Below, piece by piece: positions 1 to 7,944 of a stretch of DNA of 64,000 nucleotides. The notes below the pieces were generated by a model, which was not told where the DNA came from, made no database searches, and was given only the letters and a program-made list of their open reading frames with translations. Each line of letters opens with the position of its first letter. Position 1 is the first letter of the stretch. Source of the DNA: Candidatus Daviesbacteria bacterium (lineage in GTDB: Bacteria; Patescibacteriota; Microgenomatia; Daviesbacterales; UBA10151); contig JACPZA010000029.1 of assembly GCA_016195715.1 (NCBI GenBank), positions 30,493 through 94,492 of the forward strand, in the 5' to 3' direction. The position numbers and the translations under genes are program-made.

Positions 1-449
1 GAGGATTGGTCAAGTTTAGTTTGGACTTTGCCTAATAACTCAGTTAATTTGTCTAAATGCTTAGTCATTTCATCTGTAACTTTTTTATTAATCTCAGCAA
101 AGGATCTATTGATTCTGTCAACTATTTCAGCTTTATTTTTATCTTTAAATTGGGCAAGTTTAGCTTTTAAAGCTGCTTCTTTGGTGGCAATTCTCTCTCT
201 AAAATCTTGAGCTCTTTGTTGCAAATTTGCTCTATTTACCTCAAGTGGATTTAAGTGTTGAGTTGAAGTAGTTGAATCCTGAGTGCCAAAGATTGGTTGA
301 GGTGCACCGATCACCGGGTTGGGTTTAACTACTGGCTGAGTGGTGGTGCTATTATCACTTGAGATGATAGAATCCATAGCATAAACTGGATAAAGAGGGT
401 TTAAAAGTAAAACTGCTGAAACTATTAAAAAACTGAAAATTTTCTTCAC
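1..449 (-). CDS. Partial CDS running off the window start. It encodes the N-terminal part of a secreted protein (signal peptide, then a low-complexity Thr/Gln-rich and coiled-coil-like region); GTG start at 449
   Basis: Reverse-complement translation from the GTG at 447-449 gives VKKIFSFLIVSAVLLLNPLYPVYAMDSI... with no stop before the window edge. It is absent from the ORF track because it is incomplete. N-terminal hydrophobic segment. Confidence 0.4.
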   Translation of the reverse strand, partial: MKKIFSFLIVSAVLLLNPLYPVYAMDSIISSDNSTTTQPVVKPNPVIGAPQPIFGTQDSTTSTQHLNPLEVNRANLQQRAQDFRERIATKEAALKAKLAQFKDKNKAEIVDRINRSFAEINKKVTDEMTKHLDKLTELLGKVQTKLDQS

Positions 450-539
450 AATTTACTTTAACAACATTTTTTAATACTTGTCAACTATTAGTGCTAATCT
501 AGGGTAAAATTGGTATAATTTAATAAACCAGGACAGTTG

Positions 540-568
540 TTGACACTAGCTCTTTGAAAAATTAATAT
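540..568 (+). promoter_or_regulatory. Sigma70-like promoter for the 576-980 gene, with a near-leaderless start: TTGACA, 17-nt spacer, TAATAT
   Basis: TTGACA at 540-545, 17-nt spacer, TAATAT at 563-568, ATG at 576. A second extended -10 (TGGTATAAT, 511-519) lies just upstream. Confidence 0.4.
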
Positions 569-575
569 TTTAATC

Positions 576-980
576 ATGCCAGCTATAACAAAAATTAAAG
601 GAGATCTAGGTCAAGCTATGATAATGGCTGACGCTCTCAGGCGTGGATATAAGGTAGCAATACCACTGGGTGAGGATTGGAGATATGATCTGATAGTTTC
701 TAAAGATGGAAAGTTGTTAAAAATTCAGTGTAAGTATACCGAAGCTTTTAATGGTGTTATTAAAGTTAGATGTGAAACCCATGATGGGCGCAGCTATTAT
801 AGGTACAAACCGGAAGATTTAGATTATATCGCAGTTTATGATAGAGTGACGGAAAAATGCTACTACATTAACAGTATTTATTTAGGAAGTGGAAGGGCAT
901 CTTTAAGCTTGAGAGTGATCAAAACTAAGAACGGTCAAAAAAAGAAAATACTAGAAGCTGAGGATTTTTTAAAATTTTAA
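576..980 (+). CDS. PD-(D/E)XK nuclease-fold protein, Hjc/resolvase-like (function unknown)
   Basis: The motif GEDWRYDLIVSKDGKLLKIQCKY fits the E..D-hhhh..(E/Q)-x-K nuclease core and resembles archaeal Hjc. The stop codon abuts tRNA-Arg with a 0-nt gap. Confidence 0.5.
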   Translation: MPAITKIKGDLGQAMIMADALRRGYKVAIPLGEDWRYDLIVSKDGKLLKIQCKYTEAFNGVIKVRCETHDGRSYYRYKPEDLDYIAVYDRVTEKCYYINSIYLGSGRASLSLRVIKTKNGQKKKILEAEDFLKF

Positions 981-1053
981 GCGCCCGTAGCTCAGTGGAT
1001 AGAGCAGGAAGGTTCTAACTTCAAGGTCGGGGGTTCGAATCCCTCCGGGCGCG
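981..1053 (+). tRNA. tRNA-Arg, anticodon TCT
   Basis: Folded by hand. Acceptor stem GCGCCCG/CGGGCGC. D-arm GCTC/GAGC. Anticodon stem with 4 bp plus a G-A mismatch, loop GTTCTAA (U33, TCT, A37). Variable loop AGGTC. T-arm GGGGG/CCCTC with TTCGAAT loop. Discriminator G. CCA is not encoded. Confidence 0.8.
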
Positions 1054-1054
1054 C

Positions 1055-1073
1055 AAGTCCTATAGTTTGATTT
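1055..1073 (+). repeat. Copy 1 of an exact 19-nt repeat, AAGTCCTATAGTTTGATTT, in the trailer of tRNA-Arg; the second copy is at 29425-29443
   Basis: Exact 19/19 identity seen by eye. A 19-mer coincidence in 64 kb is very unlikely by chance. Confidence 0.6.
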
Positions 1074-1102
1074 AGTTGTTTCAATGTGATATACTGCTTT
1101 GA

Positions 1103-1573
1103 ATGTTTAACCTTTTCAATGGGTTTCAGAAGCTAAGTTTGAGTGTAGTTGCAGCCTTAAGTAGTATTGTTGCTTCTCAACCAGCAGTTGTGGCTAAAGC
1201 CCCAGTTAAAACTCCCTCACCAGTTGCCACAGTTATACAAGATACAGTTACTAAATCTGGTGAATACAATTACTCAGGCCAAAGTATTAAATATATAGTT
1301 AATTTTCCCAAGCAGGCTGGAAAAATAACAGGTAATTTATCCGGAACATGTTCTGGTCCAATTGATGGTAATTTTGATGGCAAAGAGGGTGGGCAAATTG
1401 AGGGAAAAGTTAGTGCAAGTTGCCAAGTTGCCTTTCTAAAACAAGATTTTGTAGTGAACTACTCTGGGAAATTATATTTAAAAGATGGTCGAGCTGATCT
1501 AAATTGGCAAGGAAATATTCCCTTTACTGAAAACCATGGTTCATTTACCCTAAACTTTTCTCCTGAAAAATAA
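1103..1573 (+). CDS. Secreted hypothetical protein (signal peptide)
   Basis: The N-terminus LSLSVVAALSSIVASQPAVVAKA has signal-peptide character. No recognisable catalytic motif. Confidence 0.45.
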   Translation: MFNLFNGFQKLSLSVVAALSSIVASQPAVVAKAPVKTPSPVATVIQDTVTKSGEYNYSGQSIKYIVNFPKQAGKITGNLSGTCSGPIDGNFDGKEGGQIEGKVSASCQVAFLKQDFVVNYSGKLYLKDGRADLNWQGNIPFTENHGSFTLNFSPEK

Positions 1574-1589
1574 AATTATTTTCCAAAAT

Positions 1590-2006
1590 TTATTTTTCAT
1601 TTAAAATTTCTTCCAAGTTATTAAATAATTTTTGATTGGTAATAAATTGCAAAGCTTTTAAGCCCAGTTCTTGAGCTGTTTGAACATAATCTAATCCATC
1701 ATCAATAAACAAAACTTCATCTGGCTTTAAATTCAAATCTTTTAAAATAAACTGATAAGCTTTAGTTTGATCTTTAGGAGAACCAATTTCAGATACCGTA
1801 TAAATTTTTTCAAAAATAGCTTCTAATTTTGCTTTCATCTCTAAATCATTATTTAAATTACTAGAAGTGAAAATATATAGCTTATATTTAGATTTTAAGT
1901 TTTTTAAATAAGCTAGCAGCTCTTGATTTAGCTGATAATTAGAAAAGAGCTTATTATCCGAAACTAACAAAACATTAAAAAAATCCACCAAAAGCGCTTT
2001 GATCAT
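1590..2006 (-). CDS. HAD-superfamily hydrolase-like protein (degenerate motif I)
   Basis: The N-terminal LLVDFFNVLL occupies the HAD motif I position and the C-terminal VLFIDDGLD resembles motif IV (DD). Confidence 0.45.
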   Translation of the reverse strand: MIKALLVDFFNVLLVSDNKLFSNYQLNQELLAYLKNLKSKYKLYIFTSSNLNNDLEMKAKLEAIFEKIYTVSEIGSPKDQTKAYQFILKDLNLKPDEVLFIDDGLDYVQTAQELGLKALQFITNQKLFNNLEEILNEK

Positions 2007-2046
2007 TGAGAGAATTATACCTCACTGCTAAAATAGCTTTAAATTT

Positions 2047-2601
2047 ATGGATAATTTAATAGTTAAAAATTTAAGAGGATTTGAGATTAAGTTTAAAACT
2101 AAACCAGGAGTTTTTTCTAAAAATAATTTGGATCTGGGAAGTCAGATTTTAATTGAACATTTAAAAGTTTCTGATAAAATTTTAATCGCAGATTTAGGCT
2201 GCGGTTCTGGAGTGATTGGATTTGTGGCAGCAAAATTAAATCCCAAAGGTCATGTGCATTTATTAGATGTAAACTTAAGATTTGTTAAGCTGGCCAAAAC
2301 TAATGCTAATTTAAATAAATTAAATAATGTCGAAGTTTACTTAAGTGATTTGTTTTCAGCAGTTGAGACCAGAACTTATAACCTTATTTTATCCAATCCC
2401 CCTCAGCATTTAGGCAATGAATTCTTGGAAGAATCCGCCAAAGAGTGTTTTAAGCACTTAAAAGTTTCCGGCGAAGTTTGGTGGGTGGTGCAAAAACATT
2501 TAAAAAGTTTTGTCGAGAGGTTATTTAATAATGTTTTTAAAAATTGTGAAGTCTTATATCAAGGTCAAGATTATGCACTTTTAAAAGCTAAGAGAAGCTA
2601 A
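2047..2601 (+). CDS. Class I SAM-dependent methyltransferase, RsmC/RlmG-like small methyltransferase domain
   Basis: SAM-binding motif ADLGCGSGVIG. Catalytic tetrapeptide SNPPQH (NPPF/Y-like). Confidence 0.6.
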   Translation: MDNLIVKNLRGFEIKFKTKPGVFSKNNLDLGSQILIEHLKVSDKILIADLGCGSGVIGFVAAKLNPKGHVHLLDVNLRFVKLAKTNANLNKLNNVEVYLSDLFSAVETRTYNLILSNPPQHLGNEFLEESAKECFKHLKVSGEVWWVVQKHLKSFVERLFNNVFKNCEVLYQGQDYALLKAKRS

Positions 2602-2634
2602 TATTTATGCGCATAAGTGTGCTACCATTAAATC

Positions 2635-5064
2635 ATGTCAAGCTTCATCAAGCTGCTTAAAGAAGTTTCGATTGAGGATGTTTCTGAGGTTGGCGGCAAA
2701 AATGCCTCCTTAGGCGAGATGATCCAAACTCTAACTTCAAAAGGAATTAAGGTACCTGGAGGTTATGTAGTTACAGCTTCAGCCTATCGATATTTTTTAA
2801 AGCAACAGAAACTAGATAAAGTTATTCAGCAAACTCTTCATGGATTAGATACAAAAAATTTATCTGTGCTTGCTGAAAAAGCCAAACAGATTAGGAATTT
2901 AATAACCCAAACTCCTTTCCCTAATGATTTAGGGGAAGAGATTAAAAAAGCCCATATCAGTGCAGAAAAAGAATACGGAAAAGGAGCTGATTTTGCGGTT
3001 CGGTCATCTGCTACAGCTGAGGATTTACCTGGCGCTTCCTTTGCAGGCGAACATGAAACTTATTTAAATATTTCCGGGGTTGAAAACATTTTAGAAGCTA
3101 TCAGGAAGTCCATGGCATCGCTATTTACCGAGCGGGCTATTTCTTATCGAGAAGATAAAGGTTTTGATCATTTAAAAGTTGCTTTATCAGTCGGAGTGCA
3201 AAAAATGGTCAGATCTGATCTGGCTTGTTCTGGAATTATCTTTACTTTAGATACGGAAACAGGTTTCCCAAATACTATAGTTATTAATGGAACTTGGGGA
3301 TTGGGTGAGCTAATTGTTCAAGGTCAAATCACCCCGGATGAATATTTAGTTTTTAAACCAACATTAAACAAGCCAAAACCAAAAACACTCAAAACCTTTT
3401 TTAAGGGTGATTTTTATAAGCCAATTATTAATAAAAAGCTGGGAGTAAAACATAAAAAAATGGTTTATGATTCTGTAGGTGCTTCCCCCACTAAAATAAT
3501 TTCTACCTCTGAAAAGGAACAATTAAACTTTGTATTAACTGATGAAGAAGTCTTGATTTTGGCAAATTGGGCAAAACAAATCGAAGACCATTACTCTAAA
3601 AAATATCAAAAGTGGACTCCGATGGATATTGAATGGGCCAAAGATGGCAAGACTAATCAATTATTTATTGTTCAATCCCGCCCAGAGACTGTTCATGCAG
3701 GCAAAGATCACTCTTTAGTTTTGGAATATATTTTAAAAGATTCAGCCAAGCCACTAATTTCTGGAGCAGCAGTTGGCAACAAAATTTCCACAGGTAAAGC
3801 CAGAGTAATTAAAAATGTTTCCGATATCAGGCAGTTTCAAAAAGGTGAGATATTAGTTACTGAAGTGACTGATCCAGATTGGGAGCCAATTATGAAAATT
3901 GCCTCAGCAATAGTTACGGATAAGGGTGGAAGAACATCCCATGCAGCAATTGTTTCAAGAGAATTGGGAATTGCCTGTGTGGTAGGAACGGAAAAAGCTA
4001 CTCAAATTATCAAAACCGGGCAGGAGCTGACTGTTGATTGCAGTGGCTCAGAAGGCATAGTTTATGCAGGCAGGCTAAAATTTCAGATCGAAAAACATGA
4101 TGTTTCTAAACTACCTAAGCCTAAAACCAAAATTATGCTAAATATTGCCACACCCGAGAGCGCTTTTGAAAAATCTTTTTTACCAAATGATGGTGTAGGG
4201 TTAGCCAGGGAAGAGTTTATTACTGCCTCCGAGATTGGGATTCATCCCCAGGCAATCCTAAATTATGCTTCTTTAGATGAAAAAATTAAGAATAAGATCA
4301 AAGGTAAAATTGTCGGTTTTTCAGATCCCAGAGAGTTTTATATAGAAAAACTGGCCTTTGGGATTGCACAAATTACCAGTGCTTTTTATCCCAAACCGGT
4401 TTTGGTTAGACTTGCTGATTTTAAAACTAATGAGTATCGCAGTTTGATTGGAGGAGAAGCCTATGAGCCTGTAGAAGAAAACCCAATGATTGGCTGGAGA
4501 GGAGCTTCTAGGTATTATTCAGAGGAATTTAACCAGGCCTTCTTATTAGAAATCCAAGCTTTTAAAAAAGTTATTGATGAATTTGGTTTAGATAATCTGC
4601 AAATTTTAGTTCCCTTTTGTAGAACTGTGGAGGAAGGGAAAAAGGTTATTAAACTAATTGAGGAGAATGGATTAGCCAGAAAAAACCATCCTAATTTAAA
4701 TATTTATGTAATGTGTGAAATTCCATCCAATGTAATTTTAGCTGAGGATTTTTTGGAAATTTTTGATGGAATGAGTATTGGCAGTAATGATTTAACTCAA
4801 TTGGTATTAGGGATAGACAGAGATGGTAATCAAAAGATTAGAGGGATTGCTAATGAAAATGACCTGGCAGTCAAAGAATTAATTTCCCAAGTGATTAAAA
4901 TATGTAAAGACAAGAAAAAATATATTGGGATTTGTGGACAAGCACCTTCAGATTATCCAGATTTTGCAGCTTTTTTAGTTACTGAGGGAATAGAAAGTAT
5001 CTCTTTAAATCCTGATTCTTTAATTAAAACTTTAAAAAGAGTTTATCAGGAAGAACAAAAATAG
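2635..5064 (+). CDS. ppsA: Phosphoenolpyruvate synthase (pyruvate, water dikinase)
   Basis: 809 aa. N-terminal ATP-grasp region (EVGGKNASLGEM). Central phosphohistidine domain (GGRTSHAAIVSRELGI). C-terminal PEP-utilising TIM-barrel domain. Confidence 0.9.
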   Translation: MSSFIKLLKEVSIEDVSEVGGKNASLGEMIQTLTSKGIKVPGGYVVTASAYRYFLKQQKLDKVIQQTLHGLDTKNLSVLAEKAKQIRNLITQTPFPNDLGEEIKKAHISAEKEYGKGADFAVRSSATAEDLPGASFAGEHETYLNISGVENILEAIRKSMASLFTERAISYREDKGFDHLKVALSVGVQKMVRSDLACSGIIFTLDTETGFPNTIVINGTWGLGELIVQGQITPDEYLVFKPTLNKPKPKTLKTFFKGDFYKPIINKKLGVKHKKMVYDSVGASPTKIISTSEKEQLNFVLTDEEVLILANWAKQIEDHYSKKYQKWTPMDIEWAKDGKTNQLFIVQSRPETVHAGKDHSLVLEYILKDSAKPLISGAAVGNKISTGKARVIKNVSDIRQFQKGEILVTEVTDPDWEPIMKIASAIVTDKGGRTSHAAIVSRELGIACVVGTEKATQIIKTGQELTVDCSGSEGIVYAGRLKFQIEKHDVSKLPKPKTKIMLNIATPESAFEKSFLPNDGVGLAREEFITASEIGIHPQAILNYASLDEKIKNKIKGKIVGFSDPREFYIEKLAFGIAQITSAFYPKPVLVRLADFKTNEYRSLIGGEAYEPVEENPMIGWRGASRYYSEEFNQAFLLEIQAFKKVIDEFGLDNLQILVPFCRTVEEGKKVIKLIEENGLARKNHPNLNIYVMCEIPSNVILAEDFLEIFDGMSIGSNDLTQLVLGIDRDGNQKIRGIANENDLAVKELISQVIKICKDKKKYIGICGQAPSDYPDFAAFLVTEGIESISLNPDSLIKTLKRVYQEEQK

Positions 5065-5071
5065 TAAGTTT

Positions 5072-6100
5072 CTAAGCAGCTTGGGGAATTGTTAGGATTT
5101 TTGATACAGCGTTGAGATATACTTCAAACCCAGTTTTAATTGGATTTGGTTGTGTTGGAGAAGGAGTTGATTGGCCTAAGGTATGACGATAAGGGACTAA
5201 ACCTGGACAACGGGTAGTTACTGCCTCCGGTGAACGAAACCCTTTCTGCCGAGATAATCGTTCCCAAAATAGATCGCTTACTTTAACTGTAAAATTCCCA
5301 TCTGAGTTAGAATTTAGTTCAAAAAAATTAGCATTAAATCTGTCAGAGAGGTGTGCACTTAACTGATTCATTACTACTACGAAAGTATCAAGATTAAGCG
5401 ATGCTAGTGAGGCAACCACTGGATAGGTTAATGGAGAGAATTCCACTAATTGATTTAGGGTTGGTAGATTATTCAAATGTTTCCTGCAAAGATCAATGCT
5501 CAATTCTACTGCATAGCGGTCAACCTGAGTATTAGTACTCATTCCTCTAACCAGAAACCAGAAAGCCTGAGTTCCTAACGGTATGTCATTTCTATCATCA
5601 GCTTTGCTAACTAAATGGTCCAGTCTAAATAAGACTTGACGGTTAGAGTTCACACCGGGAGCGGTTAGTAAGTCACCAATTTCTTGCCTGATATCAGAAG
5701 AAAACGTCTTTTTTTGTAAAACTTCTAGAGCTTTTAATCGCTCAATTAGTTGAGTTGGATTATACTCATTACCCGTATTACCCACCACCAAAGGTGTTTT
5801 TAGTAATTTACTGGCCTCTTCCCCAGCAGCTTCAGCAGGTAAAAATCCGAATGGAGGACGGGTTGGAATTGCTTGATAAGTTCTTAATGACGCCCGAGCA
5901 ATCAGGATAGCAGCTAGAGCATTCCTCTCTGGTTTATCATGATCCCATTCACCATAAAAATCAATGAATTTTTGAGTAGGGTTAGGCGGTTGGAACCCTT
6001 GTCGAACGCTACTAACCTCTCTAGTTAAACTAGTTACTTTTCCTTGCAGATCCGGTCTTAATTCTCTAAGTCGATCAAGCATAAGTAAGCATTTTAACAA
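5072..6100 (-). CDS. Hypothetical protein; composition atypical for this genome (higher GC, Pro/Gln/Thr/Arg-rich)
   Basis: Long ORF co-oriented with and 78 nt downstream of the Y-family polymerase gene. I recognise no family. Confidence 0.4.
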   Translation of the reverse strand: MLKCLLMLDRLRELRPDLQGKVTSLTREVSSVRQGFQPPNPTQKFIDFYGEWDHDKPERNALAAILIARASLRTYQAIPTRPPFGFLPAEAAGEEASKLLKTPLVVGNTGNEYNPTQLIERLKALEVLQKKTFSSDIRQEIGDLLTAPGVNSNRQVLFRLDHLVSKADDRNDIPLGTQAFWFLVRGMSTNTQVDRYAVELSIDLCRKHLNNLPTLNQLVEFSPLTYPVVASLASLNLDTFVVVMNQLSAHLSDRFNANFFELNSNSDGNFTVKVSDLFWERLSRQKGFRSPEAVTTRCPGLVPYRHTLGQSTPSPTQPNPIKTGFEVYLNAVSKILTIPQAA

Positions 6101-6177
6101 ACTATAGGTTAGTAGTCAAATAACTTTAAGCTTAGTATACTTTCCTAAACTAAGACCTGGCTAAGAAATATGGGTTA

Positions 6178-7518
6178 TTAAATATTAAATCTTCTGTCAG
6201 CTAAGAAGGGGTTGGGTTTTCGATAGATTCGCTCAGAAGAGATTAATATAGCACGCTGGAGTGTGAACTCACCGTAGCGATCATTAATATTGTCTAATGC
6301 TTGAATAATTTTTTCTTGCCTTAACTTATCTTCTAAAAAAGTTAAATTCTTGGGGTTTTCTGGCTTTAAATTAGATATAGATACCCCAATCATTCTAATT
6401 GATTCTTTTTGCCAAACTGTTTGGAAAATTTTCCAAGCTCTATTAAATATTTCTAGCCCATCTTGAATTAGTGAAATTGTGACTTGCATACCATCAGATT
6501 TAAATTTATTTCCAGTCAATTTAAAATAATTTAAATCAAAAGCTGATCTATACCAACAACTAACAGTTTTACCAGCTAATTTTTTAGCTCTTAACCTTCT
6601 GGCAACTAACTCAGTTAATTTTAAAAGTGTTTGTTTAATTTCAATTTCATCATTTGTATCATGACTTAGAGTGTGTCTGTGGCCAATGGATTTGACCTCT
6701 GCTTTTTCATAAAAAGGAGTGATGGGAGAATAATTAATTCCCCTACTAATATCATATAAAAATTGTCCATAACTTTTAAATGCAGCAAGGAGCGATGCTA
6801 GTGGTACTTTTCTTAACTGCGCAAAGCTAAAAATTCCCAAATTATTTAAGCGCTTTTTAACTCTAAAGCCAATTCCACAAATTTCATCTAAATCAACTTG
6901 ATCTAAAACTTTCATAGCAGCTTCTTCATCTGCAATAATTGCTAAACCGTTAGGTTTAAAAAGGGAGCCTGCAAATTTAGCCATAACTTTGTTATATGAA
7001 ATGCCAATTGAACAACTAATCCACTCCCCCACCTCTTTTCTAATTTTATTTTTAATTTCTAAAGCAATATTTAATAAGGCGAGGGGTGGCGCGGAGTGAG
7101 AGGTCTCGGGAGTCGACCGCAGCGAAGTTGTTACGAGCGAGGACGCACCTGAGATACCGGAGCGACAGGACCCGGAGCCATCAGAAGGTAATTCTAAAAA
7201 TACTTCATCTATAGAAAAAACTTCTAAATTTGGAGAATAATCTTTTAAGATATTTAAAAATCGCTTAGTGCATTCTAAATATTTTTCAGAATCCCCCCTA
7301 ACTAAAATTAACTCTGGGCAAAGTTTTAGCGCTTCAGGCAAACTCATCCCAGTTTTAACTCCTCTAGCTTTTGCTTCTATAGATGCTGCACCTACTACAG
7401 TCCTAGAATCTCTATCTCCACCTGTCACTCCAATGGGTTTACCCCTAAGCCTTGGATTAGCTTGCTGCTCAACTGTAGCAAAGTATGAGTTAAAATCTAT
7501 ATGTAAAATTGTTTTCAT
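6178..7518 (-). CDS. dinB: Y-family DNA polymerase (DinB/ImuB-like translesion polymerase) with a GC-rich in-frame insertion
   Basis: The N-terminus MKTILHIDFNSYFATVEQQANPRLRGKPIGV matches the DinB/UmuC palm start. An internal SIDEVF motif is present. The ~115-nt GC-rich insert at 7078-7195 encodes a Ser/Gly-rich stretch. Confidence 0.7.
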   Translation of the reverse strand: MKTILHIDFNSYFATVEQQANPRLRGKPIGVTGGDRDSRTVVGAASIEAKARGVKTGMSLPEALKLCPELILVRGDSEKYLECTKRFLNILKDYSPNLEVFSIDEVFLELPSDGSGSCRSGISGASSLVTTSLRSTPETSHSAPPLALLNIALEIKNKIRKEVGEWISCSIGISYNKVMAKFAGSLFKPNGLAIIADEEAAMKVLDQVDLDEICGIGFRVKKRLNNLGIFSFAQLRKVPLASLLAAFKSYGQFLYDISRGINYSPITPFYEKAEVKSIGHRHTLSHDTNDEIEIKQTLLKLTELVARRLRAKKLAGKTVSCWYRSAFDLNYFKLTGNKFKSDGMQVTISLIQDGLEIFNRAWKIFQTVWQKESIRMIGVSISNLKPENPKNLTFLEDKLRQEKIIQALDNINDRYGEFTLQRAILISSERIYRKPNPFLADRRFNI

Positions 7519-7944
7519 TTTTATATGTTGACTAAATCAATTACTTGTTATAAGCTCTTCTTGCATGGTTATCGAACAACGATCCGTAAGAACTGAAGCA
7601 AGTTTTAATGTTGAGGCTGCTTGTGGAGGTGTAATTCGAAACCCAGCTCTAGAAGGAAGACCAGTCACACCAGAACTTGTAGAAGCAACGGTGAGACAGC
7701 TTGCCTCTGGGGCCCGTTTTACAAATTTCATTACTGCTTTAGCTGTTAACCAACTACGTCGCCTTCCTCGACTTCCTCAAGAAACCATTTAAGATTTTTT
7801 AGATCAAACTTAAGTCTGTAGAAGTTTCCTCCAGAAGAAAGAGAAAAATGGTAAAATAGGCTGTCGCCAGTTTTAGTGGTATGAACTAAATTAATTTTAT
7901 CAACCTTAATTTGGCGATTTTTCCAGAAAAATACTAAAGGTTGT

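Noticed and set aside
7600-7700. Possible SRP (4.5S) RNA, tmRNA or RNase P RNA in the GC-elevated 7560-7790 segment
   Set aside because: GAAGGAAGACCAG only loosely resembles the SRP domain IV motif AGGAAGCAGCC. No GNRA-capped helix 8, no tmRNA tRNA-like end and no RNase P P4 motifs are present.
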